Shown here one piece after another: positions 24,481 to 36,900 of a DNA stretch of 60,478 nt. Source of the stretch: Chiloscyllium plagiosum (taxonomy: Eukaryota); contig NC_057711.1 in the NCBI RefSeq assembly GCF_004010195.1, positions 71,257,003-71,317,480 on the forward strand, in the 5' to 3' direction. Position 1 is the stretch's first letter, and each line of letters begins with the position of its first letter. The notes under the pieces are model-generated. The model did not search any database. It worked only from the letters and a program-made list of their open reading frames with translations, and was not told where the DNA came from. The translations under genes were made by a program, and so were the position numbers.

Positions 24481-24899
24481 TGGGACAATTAATGCGTACT
24501 CAAAAGATCTCAACTCACTATCAGCAGTCACTATTTTCCTTGTCAGTTGCAGGATTTTTATTTTTAAAGTCAGTAGAATAAATTACAGACGACAATGAGC
24601 AATAGAAATGGCAAAAGCACAAGCAATTCACACCTGCTACTTTAATAATTTTTTTGCTGTAATCCATTTGAAACATCTCCAGAGTTACTTTGTATTAAAA
24701 AAATGTTGCCCTTGATTCTGGAAAATAATATCAACCTTTACATGAGGCACTTGCACAAAAAGTATTATGAATTTTAAAAGTTAATATCGTTTAAATTGAT
24801 GAGTGACGTTTACAGGAATATATAATAACTTAGCCAGTGGAAAGATATTTGTGTTTCCTGCCTCAGAAGCAATGAAAACAGGGTAATTCTCCATTCTGA

Positions 24900-26155
24900 T
24901 CCTACTGTCTATTTCATGCCTATATGCTAGGTTCCACTTTTATTGTGACGATACTTAGCTCTATCTCACCATCATCACTACAGACCTCCCCCCTACTTTA
25001 CCAGCCATCTTGTCCAAACTCCAGTCAGCTTGAACTACGTTTTAAACCAATTGAACTTGAGAAAGGTTGAAGCCTTTGCCATCAGTACTTTGCACACATT
25101 TCATACTGCTTTTGCTTCACATGCCACTCCATGTTTGGTGCCAATATTTTGCAAACTTCACTGCCTAAGCTGAGCTTTCAATTCCACATGTTTTCTACAT
25201 TACAAACACAGCGTGCTTCCATCATCATAACATTGCCTGCCCTGAAAACATGTCGTAGCTGCTCTAAAACATGTCATAGTCTGTTTCTGAACTTGTCTTC
25301 AATATATTGTTAACTGCAGACTAAATTTCCCCAATGTTCTCCCAGTCAGCCTCTCCTCCACCATTTGTAAACATCAGTTCATTTAATACACTCACAGTAT
25401 CTTATCATGTACTGCGTTCCACTCATCCATCATCCCTATGCTCGCTGACCTACATCAGTGTTTGAGCCCCAGTATGGGCGGCACAGTGGCACAGTGGTTA
25501 GCACTGCTGCCTCACAGAGACCTGGGTTCAATCCCCGCCTCAGGCGACTGACTGTGTGGAATTTGCACGTTCTCCCCGTGTCTGCGTGGGTTTCTTCCGG
25601 GTGCTCCGGTTTCCTCCCACAGTCCAAAGATGTGCAGGTTGGGTGAATTGGCCATGCTAAATTGCCCATAGTGTTAGGTAAGGGGTATGGGTGGGTTGCG
25701 CTTTGGCGGGTCGGTGTGGACTTGTTGGGCCGAAGGGCCTGTTTCCACACTGTAATCTAATCTAATCTAATAAATTTTGCATTCTTGTGTTTATATCCTT
25801 TGATGGCCTTATCTCATTGTGTATCAATTAGCTTCTCTAGAAGGACAACCCTACAAGAATTCTGTTTCTAGGCTTTGTGCAAGTCCAACTTCCTTCACCC
25901 CATCATTGATGAATGTACCTGTTGCTGTAAGTTCCCTGATTTTTGTCATTCCTTCTCTAAATGTCTCTAGCTCGGCATCTTGTTTTCACCATCTCAGGTC
26001 CTATTTAATCCTATCACTTCAACTATTCTTTGATCACTCCTATTATCATCTTGGTTGAATTTGTGATTTTTTTTGTTTGATTGTTCTTCTATGAAATACC
26101 TTGAAATTTTTTTTTCTGTTTTAAAGGTGCAGCATAATTACCTTGCTGTTGTTTT
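24900..26155 (+). mobile_element. Old L2-like LINE 3' relic, interrupted by an HE1 SINE
   Basis: IIPMLADLH before the SINE and ILVFISFDGL after it match the L2 pattern HITPVLADLHWL...ILVFKSLHGL. L2-type tail TTAAAGGTGC..CATAA...TGTTG near 26120-26155. Confidence 0.6.
25476..25771 (+). mobile_element. HE1-like V-SINE, young-looking copy
   Basis: GGGCGGCACAGTGGCACAGTGGTTAGCAC head, B box GGGTTCAATCCC, intact CpG-rich V-domain, (TAATC)n tail. Confidence 0.95.
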
Positions 26156-26159
26156 TTCA

Positions 26160-27060
26160 ATTCAGATATGACTCACTCATGTTTAACAAGGTTGAATGTC
26201 CTTGTAGAATTTCTGTTTCAAGAAAGTGCCTCTCCCAGACCTTTTGAGCTTATCTATGTTGCCACAAGAGAATTGCTTTAAATTACCAACAAAAAGGAAG
26301 TCAGTAGAAATGTTTTTCCTCCTTGTCATTATTGGAGAATCTTCAAATGCCAATCACCAGCAAAGTTTGGCAGAATAATCAAATCCTGACAACAAGAATG
26401 AACAGTGCAAGACACCTGAACTCATCGATCATCCTTTAACCAAAGCTTTCCAGTGTTTGAGCTGAATTCATTGATAAAACAGTCATTACCAACGATACAG
26501 TTGAGTTGACACACATCTTTCCGTAAAACAATTGACAGCCTGAAAGAAAAGCTTACTTCACCTGTCTCACATCCACAGAGACTGACAGAAGACATCTAAC
26601 ATGATCAATAAGTTAAGGCAGATAAGCTGGATATCAAGGTTATGGTTCCAAAAGAAGACACTAGCTGATTTGACCATCAAGAATACCACAAGAGTATAGA
26701 CAAGAGTTTCTCTGTTCCAACTAGACAGCCAGATTCAGAAATCCAGGGTATTACAAAGAGGAATGTAATTGTTTCACCAGTCCAACTGTCTTCTACGATG
26801 AACATTTATGAGATCAAAGGTCCTCCAGATAAGATAATGAGCCATAATCAAAATATACAAAGAACATGACCTCTGTGAAGGTCATTTGTGAGATAAAGGA
26901 TCCTCCAGTAGAGAAATGACATTAAAATCAGAGTCAAGTGACAATCTCAAGACAAAGACCGATCAGCTTTCCAAGTCCAAAACAAACATATTCTGAAAGA
27001 ATTAGCAAACATTCAAGCTTCAGTTTACTTATTACGACCTCAGTGATTTGGGAAGGGAAT
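26160..27060 (+). mobile_element. Possible highly decayed Gypsy integrase 3' region
   Basis: FLLVII-like segment at ~26315, QTYSERISK near 26985 (cf. the RTRSGR.SK tail) and a following purine tract. Weak support. Confidence 0.35.
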
Positions 27061-27084
27061 GAGGGGCAATGGTAAATGTAATAC

Positions 27085-27500
27085 ATTTTGTCGTCTGCAA
27101 TTAATCACTAACGAATATGTTTGCCCACGTAGGAAATTCTGTGTCACTGGTCATGGGTTCTGTGGGTATTTGTGTGGCTGATGAGCCCAATCCAAGAGCT
27201 GAATCTCCAACTACACATTAGGTAGGTGGGGTTGGGATATCTGGTCGGCATGGACGGGTTGGACCGAAGGGTCTGTTTCCATGCTGTACATCTATGATAC
27301 GTTCAATGCCTCTAACAATCTCAGCCAATAAGTTCCATTTGCTACTGTTCCTCTCTGCTTGACCCACATTTATCCAAACTTTTTAAGTTGAACCCCCTTT
27401 TGAATAAAGCTGGACATGGCCTGTCCTGGTTAGGACTGCTGGCATTAGCACATTAGTGCTGCTTCCATTGGGCAGGCTTATTGACCAGGTCAGCCTTCAC
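27085..27500 (-). mobile_element. RTE-like LINE 3' relic, interrupted by a CR1 tail
   Basis: Minus-strand MCSWRFSSWIGLISHTNTH* at ~27143-27221 matches the RTE C-terminal C..C.R.FRSRIGLISH.RTH motif. Confidence 0.65.
27226..27297 (+). mobile_element. Extremely 5'-truncated CR1 family A tail (~70 bp)
   Basis: Near-identical to 1048-1117 and 3340-3410 (GGGTTGGGATATCTGGTCGGCATGGACGGGTTGGACCGAAGGGTCTGTTTCC). Confidence 0.92.
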
Positions 27501-27949
27501 CCAAAAAAACACTATGACAAGAAAAGCTACAAATGATGGTGACTTCTCATGAGCTGGATGACATGGTATGGGAGTAGGGAAATCTTGAGCCTTCTCTAGC
27601 ATTTAGTATAATCAGGACTCAATTTCATTTTCCCACAACCACTCTCAGAAACCAAATTTGCCTATCTCAGCCTTACATTGCTAACTCTAACCCTAACCTT
27701 AATTCCTAGCTCAGCCTTCAATGATGAAGCATCCTAGGTTGAGAATTCCAAAGATTCTGAAACCTTTGAGTGAAGGAACTTCTCATCTTCATCCTAAATG
27801 AATCCATGTCCTTGTATCAAAAGTCGAAGCATTCTGAAGCATGAGAGACAGAACTTGGAAGAGGCTTAGAGTTTTCATGCTATTGTTATTTCTTGGCGGT
27901 AGACTTTGAAGGGATAGGGGCTAGATTAGAGTGGTGCTGGAAAAGGGAT

Positions 27950-28160
27950 CTATAGTTAAAGTAAGCTTGATGAGTTGCTGTAGTGCATCCTGTAGATAAA
28001 CATATGCTGCAGCCACAGTGCTCCAGTGGTAAAGGAAGTGAGTCAAATGCTGGGTTACCAGTCAAGAGAATTTCCTAATGCTGGATGATGTTGAACTTGT
28101 TATTGCAACTATACCCAAACAAGTGAGTATTAATCACAGTCCAACTTGATCCTGACACCT
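27950..28160 (-). mobile_element. LINE family B internal fragment
   Basis: GAGTTGCTGTAGTGCATCCTGTAGAT...GCTGCAGCCAC parallels 47415-47600. Confidence 0.6.
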
Positions 28161-30792
28161 ACGCATAGATATTTTGCAACAGGATTACCTGGATAGCATA
28201 TTTCATTCATCTACAGACACTAATGTGCTCAATTTCAGCACAGAGCAGAAATTAGTATTGTCCTAGTTTGTAGCTCACTATCATACTACACGAAGTATTA
28301 AGAGCATCCCAAGTGTACTGTAAGTATATGACGTTGACTTGACAATGAACGCTGCCATTTTATTTTTCTTATATTTTGTTCTCAGGAATCATATTTTAAT
28401 AAAGGAACACTTGCAAACAGGTGCACAGGGAAAACAAACTATATATAAACATTATAAGCAGCTAATGACATTGCAACATATAACTGGGAACCCTTAACAG
28501 ATTGCCCTAATAAGGGTAATTCATTTTCTAATCCTTCCATTAAGTCTAAAAGTATGTATAGATGGTTACAGCAATTCAGAAATCCATTAAAAAATCCTTA
28601 TTAGGAGAAATAGAATTAACAACAATAGACTATGAAAATGTTGAGGCACAGAATGAAACACAGTTTTCATAGAAAATCCTTGAAATTGTATTTTGCATGG
28701 AAGAGAAACCCTGCAAAAAGTGGTAAGAACAATTACTTTGTAAGAAAGTGCTTCAAGTGCTGCAACACAGACTGCAGCAAGCACCATTATCTCTTAAGGC
28801 AGTAGATTTGGGTATTTCATTACCACAAGGAATGCAGATCATCTCTGCCTGACATTTACTTTACACCAGCCAGTGTATATCTTCCTGTATATGCATCCTC
28901 AAATCTGTCATCAAAACACATTTGTGACAAGGCCACAGGCAAGAATGAAGCTGTCTAATCAGTGTGGAGCTGATGTTTGATTATCAGCACGTAGCAGCAC
29001 ATTCCACATCTTTTTATGGTTTAACCTTTTTGCCACGAAGTGTTTGGAAGTGTTCCAGTTTTCTTCAACATTCTGTGTTAGCAGTCCCTCTATTAAAGTG
29101 CAACCCTTCCCACTGTAACCTCTCATAAACGTGAAAAGACTGACTATGCTGGCTTGGAATTTCATTATAATAACCATGCATATTGATAGGAAAGCAAAAC
29201 AATGCAAATTTGAAGATGTTGCAAACCTTAATGCAGAGGAGTGCTACTGTGTAGGTGCCTTTGATCATTTAATTGTGTCATCTGAGAAAAATTAATAGGT
29301 CAAACTGGGATAAAATTCAAATAAAATTTGGTGCTCAGCAAAAATATTGATTTGTGTGAGGTAATAAAATGATTTCAGTTTAACTGTTTCATTTCAAACT
29401 AATCACTCTGTGGTGATGATCCCCATTTGCCTGGCTTTACTATTTCTGTTTCATTACTATTTTCTAGAATTGTGAATTTGTTGTGAGAAATTCTAACCCA
29501 ACAAATCATTGTTTTATTAAAATGTGTTAAAGTATGTCTTTGCAGCCTGTTAGCATCGATAAAAAATATTTACTGCATAATTACTATAAATCACTTATTC
29601 CCAAAGAAGGATGCTTTCTCACTTAATTCACTCTGGCTATTTGTCTCTATTTCCTCGACAGTGCTTCTGCTGGTGTCAACTTGGCAAACCCAGAAGGATA
29701 GGCTTTATTGTTTGGGAAAGGCAGCCTTCCAACATCACAATGTGCAAATTATGTTTGACAAAGAATCTCATGTTCCCTCCATTTGCATGTTATGAGCGAA
29801 AAATACAATTTATTTTCTCAGACTTCTGAAAAGCATTGTGATTGAGGTGAGCACAAAGTGGAAAGATCTCTGACCAAAATAACAGACGTCTTGCAATCCT
29901 ATAATAAAATATCGACTGCTGATACACTGACAAAGGAAGAGATATGGGTTGCATATCCGCAGCACTTTTACAATAACTGTACCTATGAGGTAATGGAGAA
30001 TTATGAACTTACAAATTCTGACATGATGTACAGAATAGCAATCAATCCCACCTCCTCCACTCCCTACCCCTAACCCCATCCTCTCCCACTTAACATATGT
30101 TCAGATTTGGTTGGGTCATTAGTGGTATACACTGATTAGCGAGGTGCCAAAGGACAATCTGCACGTCTAAAACCTATTGATAATTGTTAATTTAAAGTAT
30201 ATACCAAACATTCTACTGGACCACTTCAGCATGGGTAGCAGGTTGATAATCTGATACGTAGCACACTCAATACATATATCTTGAAATGGTTCGTTGATAT
30301 ATTGCCGTCATTATCAGACACTGTTCTGTGACATTGAATAAACTGAAAATTGTGCTCATTGCGTTAACAATGTTAAAAATCACACCAGCACCTCCAAATT
30401 ATGTGCCTACAATGGTTGCACATTGGCAAACAAGGGGAAATTTAGACAAATAATCAAACGCAAGGATGTAATCTTCTCTGTGCTCTGTAAATAGGTTTGT
30501 TGTTACTTCTGTTCAAAGAATATGTGGAATATTGTGAGGATGTAGAGGCCCCCTCCACAGTTGGGTTGATCTGTTCAGCATGCCTCATATACATTCATGA
30601 GTCATTGAGTATCCTGTTTCGTCCCTGGACAGTACACAAACTTGCATGCTACCAGTTTTGTGCATCCTGGTGTTGCGACATAATGATTTTGGTTTTGGGG
30701 CTTATTTGCTCTTGACAATGGCTTGTCATGATATATCAAGTTCATCTCTGTGTGGCCAAAATAAACAATTCTTCTCATATACTTCTTTAATA

Positions 30793-30820
30793 CTGAAGAA
30801 GGGCTTATGCCTGAAACGTC
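30793..30820 (+). ncRNA. Minimal type I hammerhead ribozyme core (Penelope-associated), stem I apparently broken
   Basis: CTGAAGA-A-GGGC-TTAT-GCCT-GAAAC-GTC: CUGANGA box, stem-loop II, GAAA box, palindromic ACGT mini stem III and a GUC cleavage triplet. Confidence 0.7.
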
Positions 30821-30880
30821 AATTCTCCTGTTCCCTGGATGCTGCCTGACCTGCTGCGCTTTTCCAGCAACACATTTTCA
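30793..30880 (+). mobile_element. Penelope terminal fragment
   Basis: Reverse complement of the Penelope terminus at 12440-12522. Confidence 0.85.
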
Positions 30881-31139
30881 GCTTTACTTCTTTAATACTG
30901 TCAGGCCATCCTTGAATATTAATCTTTTACAAATCTTGTGGCTGTTCACATTTGGCAATTGCAACTGTTCAAATTGGCCAAGAGTGACAGATTAATCTTG
31001 AGCATGTCTTCAATTTTGTAGTCTAGAGTATCAATATGTTGATCAAGGGGAATATCTTGTGTGGTTTGCATAATCTGCTCAGCGTGTCAGATGTAAACAT
31101 TCTGGGACCTGGCCTGTAACTAATATCTAATCGTCACCA

Positions 31140-31460
31140 CTTTTTCCTTTTGCTTTTATGCTGCCCCAAATTCCCTTGTCAGCCATGGTTGCTTTGTCCA
31201 CCTCAGTATGTTTCTTTTTCCTCAGAATGAATCTCTGCCATGCCTCCCGAATAACCCCCAGAAACTCCTGCCATTGCTGCTCCACTGTCTGCCCTGCTAG
31301 TCACTGTCAATCGACTCTAGACAGCTCCTCCTTTGTGCCTTTATAGTTAGCTTTACTCAACTGGAATACTGTTAAATCTGATTTAAAGTGTACCTCAACT
31401 GGAATGGATGAATCCTAACTTATTCTGCCAAGTTTATTGAGTAAATCAGGTATACATCTC
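31140..31460 (-). mobile_element. CR1 family C internal fragment
   Basis: CCTGCCATTGCTGCTCCACTGTC...CTTTACTCAA parallels 55370-55760. Confidence 0.75.
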
Positions 31461-32381
31461 ATATAGTTGGATAAGTGAGTGTCTCAGAGAGAGCCAATTT
31501 TTGAGTGGCACCTAAAGGAGCAGGGAAACTCAGCAGAAATTTTTTGTTCATTCCGCCCTCCATTTTAGTGAAATGTCTGGCTCATGATGTATTGTACTTT
31601 AAGTGTGTAAACAAAAGAAATCTGCAATAAAAATTGAATATGTGAGCTGATAATGTCACATGGATGCATGTGCTTAGTGTGCAGTGTTACATGTGACTGG
31701 CCACAGAATAGCTGACCTTGCCAGACCATGCAAGACCAGTCCTTTGGCATAACTCATTGGTGCTCGGGGCATGTGTCTCTGCAGACATGCTGCATGGTTA
31801 ACTGCCAGCAACTCGTGAAAGCTGTCTTTTGTATGCCGGGCATGTAGGTTTAGCAGTTGGGGACTAGACTAGGGCAGGGCCAATCATTCCCAGTGAGGAT
31901 CAGGCAGAGGGGTGTTTGTATTTTTAGACCACACTTTACTGGTTGGGTTACCCTCAGTGTTAGTTCAAGATCACAGGAAGGTCAATTAGGTATTGCTGGT
32001 GAGCACACATGCAATTTGGACAGACTGAGCAGGTGGATAATTAGAACAGAAATGGTTTCTTTGTGGAAGTGAGAGGGGTGGGTGGTAACATGGGATGTGG
32101 TGGAATGGCCTTAAAATCAAAGAAATGATGCACAACATGGACCATCAACTCTTTTCAAAGGGAGATGAAACTTTTTGAAATGTTCAGGAATCCATGTTGC
32201 TTCAGGGGGAGGTTTACCAGCTCTCTGCACTCCTGGTACACCAGTGCACCAATCAGTCACTTAATATTTGGCACAGCAGCTTCCCAATATATCCCAGACT
32301 GAGGAGGAATCTCTGAGCCTTCCGCCATTCATTCTCCTACAGAAAGAGTTTCAGCCCAAATACGGTCCCAAAGAAACTGTT

Positions 32382-32457
32382 GGAGAACATGAACTTCTGA
32401 TACACCTAGGTCCCAGCTGGGAGAACATGAACTTCTGATACACCTAGGTCCCAGCTG
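32382..32457. repeat. Perfect 38-bp tandem duplication
   Basis: GGAGAACATGAACTTCTGATACACCTAGGTCCCAGCTG x2. Confidence 0.97.
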
Positions 32458-33379
32458 TATACCAGGATTATCTGCCACACATTGAGAACATTAATTGTTG
32501 AAACAAAGTTTGATTGTCCCTTTCTGTTATTGCCAATTTTGTTTCTCTATCCTCCCCAGTATATTAATTTCTCATCCAATCATTATTCCATTCTCTCCTT
32601 TATTTGAACTCGCATCTGAGCAACCAGCCCCACTCCTGGCCCTTGCCCCACCAACACACCCAGTCCCCCACCTTGGCAAAGACATCTGTTTAAATTGATG
32701 TGGGATAATAGTTATCTGATTTGGTACAGACCATGGCAAAAGTCTGCACTCAGCAAATGCAATAGAGGGAATGTTAAAATGGACTGAGCAAGGAACTATT
32801 CCATTGAATAAATCACATTAAAACTTAATATTTAATATTTAAATAGACATCGCAATAGTTAAATGTAATACATTATTAATGAACAACCAAAGCAAAGCAT
32901 TAAAGAAAGAAAAAGCTGTTAATATATCAATAGTGAGAATATTTCATAACCTGTATTAATAATCTTTTCCTCTCCTGAAATAACGCATTCAGGTGCAACA
33001 CACCGAAGAATCCTAGTAGGATGTGGTTTTGTTTTTACTTATCCACACGCTGGTTTCTCAATATCAGATGTGGTTGTGGGGGAGTAGTGTTTAAAAGAAG
33101 AAGCATGTTTAATGTAAAGGAAGGAGGATTCTTCAAGGCTGGCTAACTCGGAATCATTATCCCAGCAGCTGATAAACCAGCAAAGACTTAATGTCCATTC
33201 TCAACATTAGAGAAACGCACTAAAAAGAAGACAAAAATGAAAAAAGTTAAGACAACAAAGCCTTTTAAAATGACCAACCAAATCAATTTTTGTTTTGTTC
33301 CATTTTAAATAAATTAAGAGTTTTGAGTGAAACTATATGCTGCTCACTGGGAGGTTTGAAGGTGAGGATTTCATTAAAC

Positions 33380-34015
33380 ACAAGAAATGTCCACAGGCTG
33401 TCCATCTGCCCTAACCTTTCGCCCATTTTGTGAAGGATGGTCGAAATGTTGGGTGTCCTGCCAGCCTCTGGGCTTATTGAGGCCCTTAGGTGGACACTTA
33501 AATGCCTTATGCTGCCCCATCACTGTTTTACCCACAGCAAGGGAAGACCCATGCCAGCTGTATTTGCTGACTGGGCTGATGTCAGACAAGAAGGGGTACC
33601 TTCACTTGGCATCCTTTTTACCCATCAGACACACCCCAACAAGATAATACGGGTCTTTTTAAGCCTCTGACCTAGCCTTTCAAATCCTGCATCCCATTGC
33701 CTCAGCCACCTACCCAATACCACCCCACCATGAGAGAGCCTGCCAGCCAAGTCCCAGCAATACCCTAGGCTTATCTGCAGCCTGGCATCCATTGACATCT
33801 CTTCCTTAGGGACTTGGCTTACAGGCTCAGCAATTGCTACTACTTGAATCGGGCACTGTTGAGACTACAGAGCTGCTCAGCAATTCAATTGGCTACTACA
33901 TCTGTAAGATGGGTCTTTCCCCCCAGGTTGGGGGGGGCAGTGTTAAATGGCTGCAAGCCCCCAACATTAGCAGGTGTGCACTCCATGACCCCCTTTGGGA
34001 GGCAGGGTGATAAAT
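33380..34015. repeat. Old GC-richer interspersed repeat (unclassified, possibly DNA-transposon-derived)
   Basis: GAGGCCCTTA..TG..CACTTAAATG is shared in reverse with 22668-22702. Related-looking segments lie at ~41820-42260, 42780-43070 and 46370-47000. Confidence 0.45.
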
Positions 34016-34071
34016 CCTGACATCTGACAAATCATGTTCATAGACTCTCCTCAAAATATGTGGGAATCTGT

Positions 34072-34518
34072 AACAGAAAATGCTAGAAATAGTCAGTAGA
34101 TCAAACTGTATATGTGGAGAAAGGAGTAGAGTTAAAATTTCAGGTCAATGACGTTTTATCAGTCCTGGGTAAAAATTAGAGATGTAATAGATTTTGAGCA
34201 ACAGGTAGGCTTGAGATACAGTACCTCATTTTTTTGATTAGGCATTTCACAGTTTTGCATTATATTAAGTCTCCTCATTTTCTTTCCTTTTTGTTCTATT
34301 TCAAATTCTGTGACACTGAAAGTCACACTCTTCTGTCTTTTCATCTCTCCTGTCTCCTACCCTCCCACAGGCCATTCTGTTACCCATGTTCCATTGACCT
34401 TTGGTTAAAGCAAATTAAATCTCGAACTGGATGAAGGTCATTTACTTGAAACTTAAATTGTTTCTCTCTCCACAGATGCTGCCTGATTCACTGAGCATTT
34501 CCAGTATTTTCAATTTTT
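34072..34518. mobile_element. Non-autonomous Penelope-derived element with ~90-bp inverted terminal arms
   Basis: Left arm 34072-34162 (AGAAAATGCTAGAAATAGTCAG...TTTCAGGTCAATGAC..TTATCAG) is an imperfect inverse of right arm 34427-34518 (GATGAAGGTCA...TGAAAC...CCACAGATGCTGCCTGA...GAGCATTTCCAG). Confidence 0.7.
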
Positions 34519-36747
34519 GGAGGAGTTTAAACTCTTCAGTTTTCAGCTAGTTGAATGATTCCTAGTTTACGTCTGTAAAGAAACTGTTGCTACTAATAAA
34601 CCACAGGGGGAACATTTTGACTTTCTGCGATATTGTAAAGTCATTGATACATAAATTGCCAACCCAGTTCAACAGAGATGCAAACAGGAGAAGTGTAAAA
34701 CCATCACTGGTTTTGGACTCTTGTACAAAATAATATTCCTGATAGAGCATAACATTGATATACAACAATCAATTGCTGCTCCAATCTTTCTTATTTAAAA
34801 TATTCAATGACTACAAAAGACAAGGAATTCAGGTGCAAACAAGCTGCCAGTTTCCTATGAGCCAGTTCTGTCTTACTGGTAAAAAGTCCAATTTTATTCC
34901 CAAAAACTCCCGTTTATCGACCATTAATTATATAGCAAAACCACTTGCAGAAATTCTACAAATAGCATATAGACATGCATTGCTATAACTTGCTGTAAAA
35001 TACTCATCATAACAGTTCAACTTATATTTCATGATTGTTGTGTGGGTGTTTAAAGATATCTCACCAGTGTCCCTAATTCTTTTAGGACTGGCATTCACAA
35101 GTGCATTTTCTAAAATAAATCTATAATATGGATACTTCTGGCAAGATCCTTCACAAAACGAAGACAATTTTGAAGAGTAAAGAGGGAAGAACATGAGTCT
35201 ACATGGTGCTGCGCTGTGCTGTGCATACAATATTGAGCTACTAATGCAGTCAGACTGCCTCATTTGCATTACTATAAAACTCCAGCTGTTCCCATAGGCA
35301 AACTAGTGTCTGTTTGGGATTTGGTGTCACTTCATGCTGCCTTCATTACTTACCCATTGTAGTCATATTGAAGCAGTCCTTTTAAATAAAAAATGTTTTT
35401 TTTAAATCACATTTGGTCTACCAGACTGTTATTAAGCTTATGATATTAGAAAAGAGCAGCAGGTGGGTCAGGCCTTCTTTTTAAAACCTGTTTCCTTTTC
35501 CTTTCAAATTTCTGCCTCTTCTGTGATCCCAATTTGCTTCCCCTGTGCACTCAGAAACATTCAGATCTCAGCCACAAAACAGAGGACATTGTCTAGGGAC
35601 TTTGTTGGAATCCTCTGGTAAGGTGCAACGGTTCAAAGTCATTGCAGCTAGGAAAATTATGAAGGAAAGACAAATATGGGATTTCTCAATTTTTTTTACT
35701 GCAGGTTAATTCAGTCGATAATTTCAGACAGCACACGGAAGTTGGGGTCAATTTTGCAACTGGCCGTTTGGATTTTTTGACCCAAGATTCACATGTAAGT
35801 AGGTGAAACATAGGGCTGAAGAGGTTTATGGAGCCTCGAGCTCTGACCTAAACACCTTAAAGGCCCCTTCGGATTTCAATCTCAGTATTTAATTCAGAGG
35901 CTACAAGAGGAACATAGGAAACAGAGTCTTTTCTGCATTTAGTTCCCTGGTGAGGAGTGAAATTCTGTGAATGTATTTAAACTTTAGATGCAGGGTTCTG
36001 CAATCCCTCATTCAAAAAATTAGAATACTACAAAAGGATGTTTTCCATTCACCCTGTGGGGGAAGTATGGAATGTCACCAATGCATTCATCAGTTTTTCA
36101 CAACTGAAAACTAAGTGGAGCAATGACCACCAAATTATATTAAAAATCTTTAAGAACTGGAAGAATGTGGGCTGTGAAGACTGCTTGTGAGTGGCTAGTT
36201 TTAAATTCATCAAAATCAGTGGCACATAACATGATTTTCAATGCTGCCTACAAACAGATTTAGCTTCGAACTTTGCATGAATGATTTGTATCATCAACCA
36301 TGAGGTGCCAAGACAACTTTGTAGATAACATATGCACCATGTTATTTTAATCACAGCCTGTAACTAAATCACCGCCAAAGTTCCTGGGACAACAACTAAA
36401 TGGGTAATAAAACCTCAAGTTCTCTTATTTACACTGATGGGAAAGAATTTAAAAGGCATATTTAATTTAATTCATTTGCCACAGGGAAAAATATACTGCA
36501 GCAGTCATAGCAAAATCTTTGATGTTGGCATAGAAAGTTAATTCAATTAGCACAATCAGTGCTTCCATCAAAGTGTCTAATAAACATTTTTCAAATTGAC
36601 ATATCAGTTTGCTAACATTTGACAGCATTATTTCTACAGTCTTCGTTTTGGATTTTGATTGAGCTTTGAAAATGTACACCTAAACCACGCTATGCACCAT
36701 TCCACTTCCACATACTTCAGCGTATTACACAGCTTCCAGTTTGACTC

Positions 36748-36900
36748 AACAGTAACTTGGATTTATATGTCATCTTCAGCATAAAAGTGTCTCAAGATGC
36801 TTTAGAGAATAAACAAGTCAAAAATAAATGTCAAGCCAATGAAGGTGAGATTATGAAAACAGTGAAAGGACAATGGCAATGGGTAAGCTTTTGGAAGCTG
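36748..36900 (-). mobile_element. L2-like 3' tail fragment
   Basis: AACAGTAACTTGGATTTATAT...CTCAAGATGCTTTA resembles the reverse of an L2 tail; a similar copy lies at 45684-45790. Confidence 0.45.

Noticed and set aside
27682-27705. CTAACTCTAACCCTAACCTTAA telomere-like run
   Set aside because: Only about three imperfect units; not a credible interstitial telomere.
32382-32457. Direct repeat of CRISPR-like length
   Set aside because: The two units are adjacent with no spacer, the context is eukaryotic, and there are no cas genes.
36660-36760. CATTCCA...ACATACTTC resembling miR-1-family sequence
   Set aside because: Only scattered short matches, with no full mature sequence or pre-miRNA hairpin.
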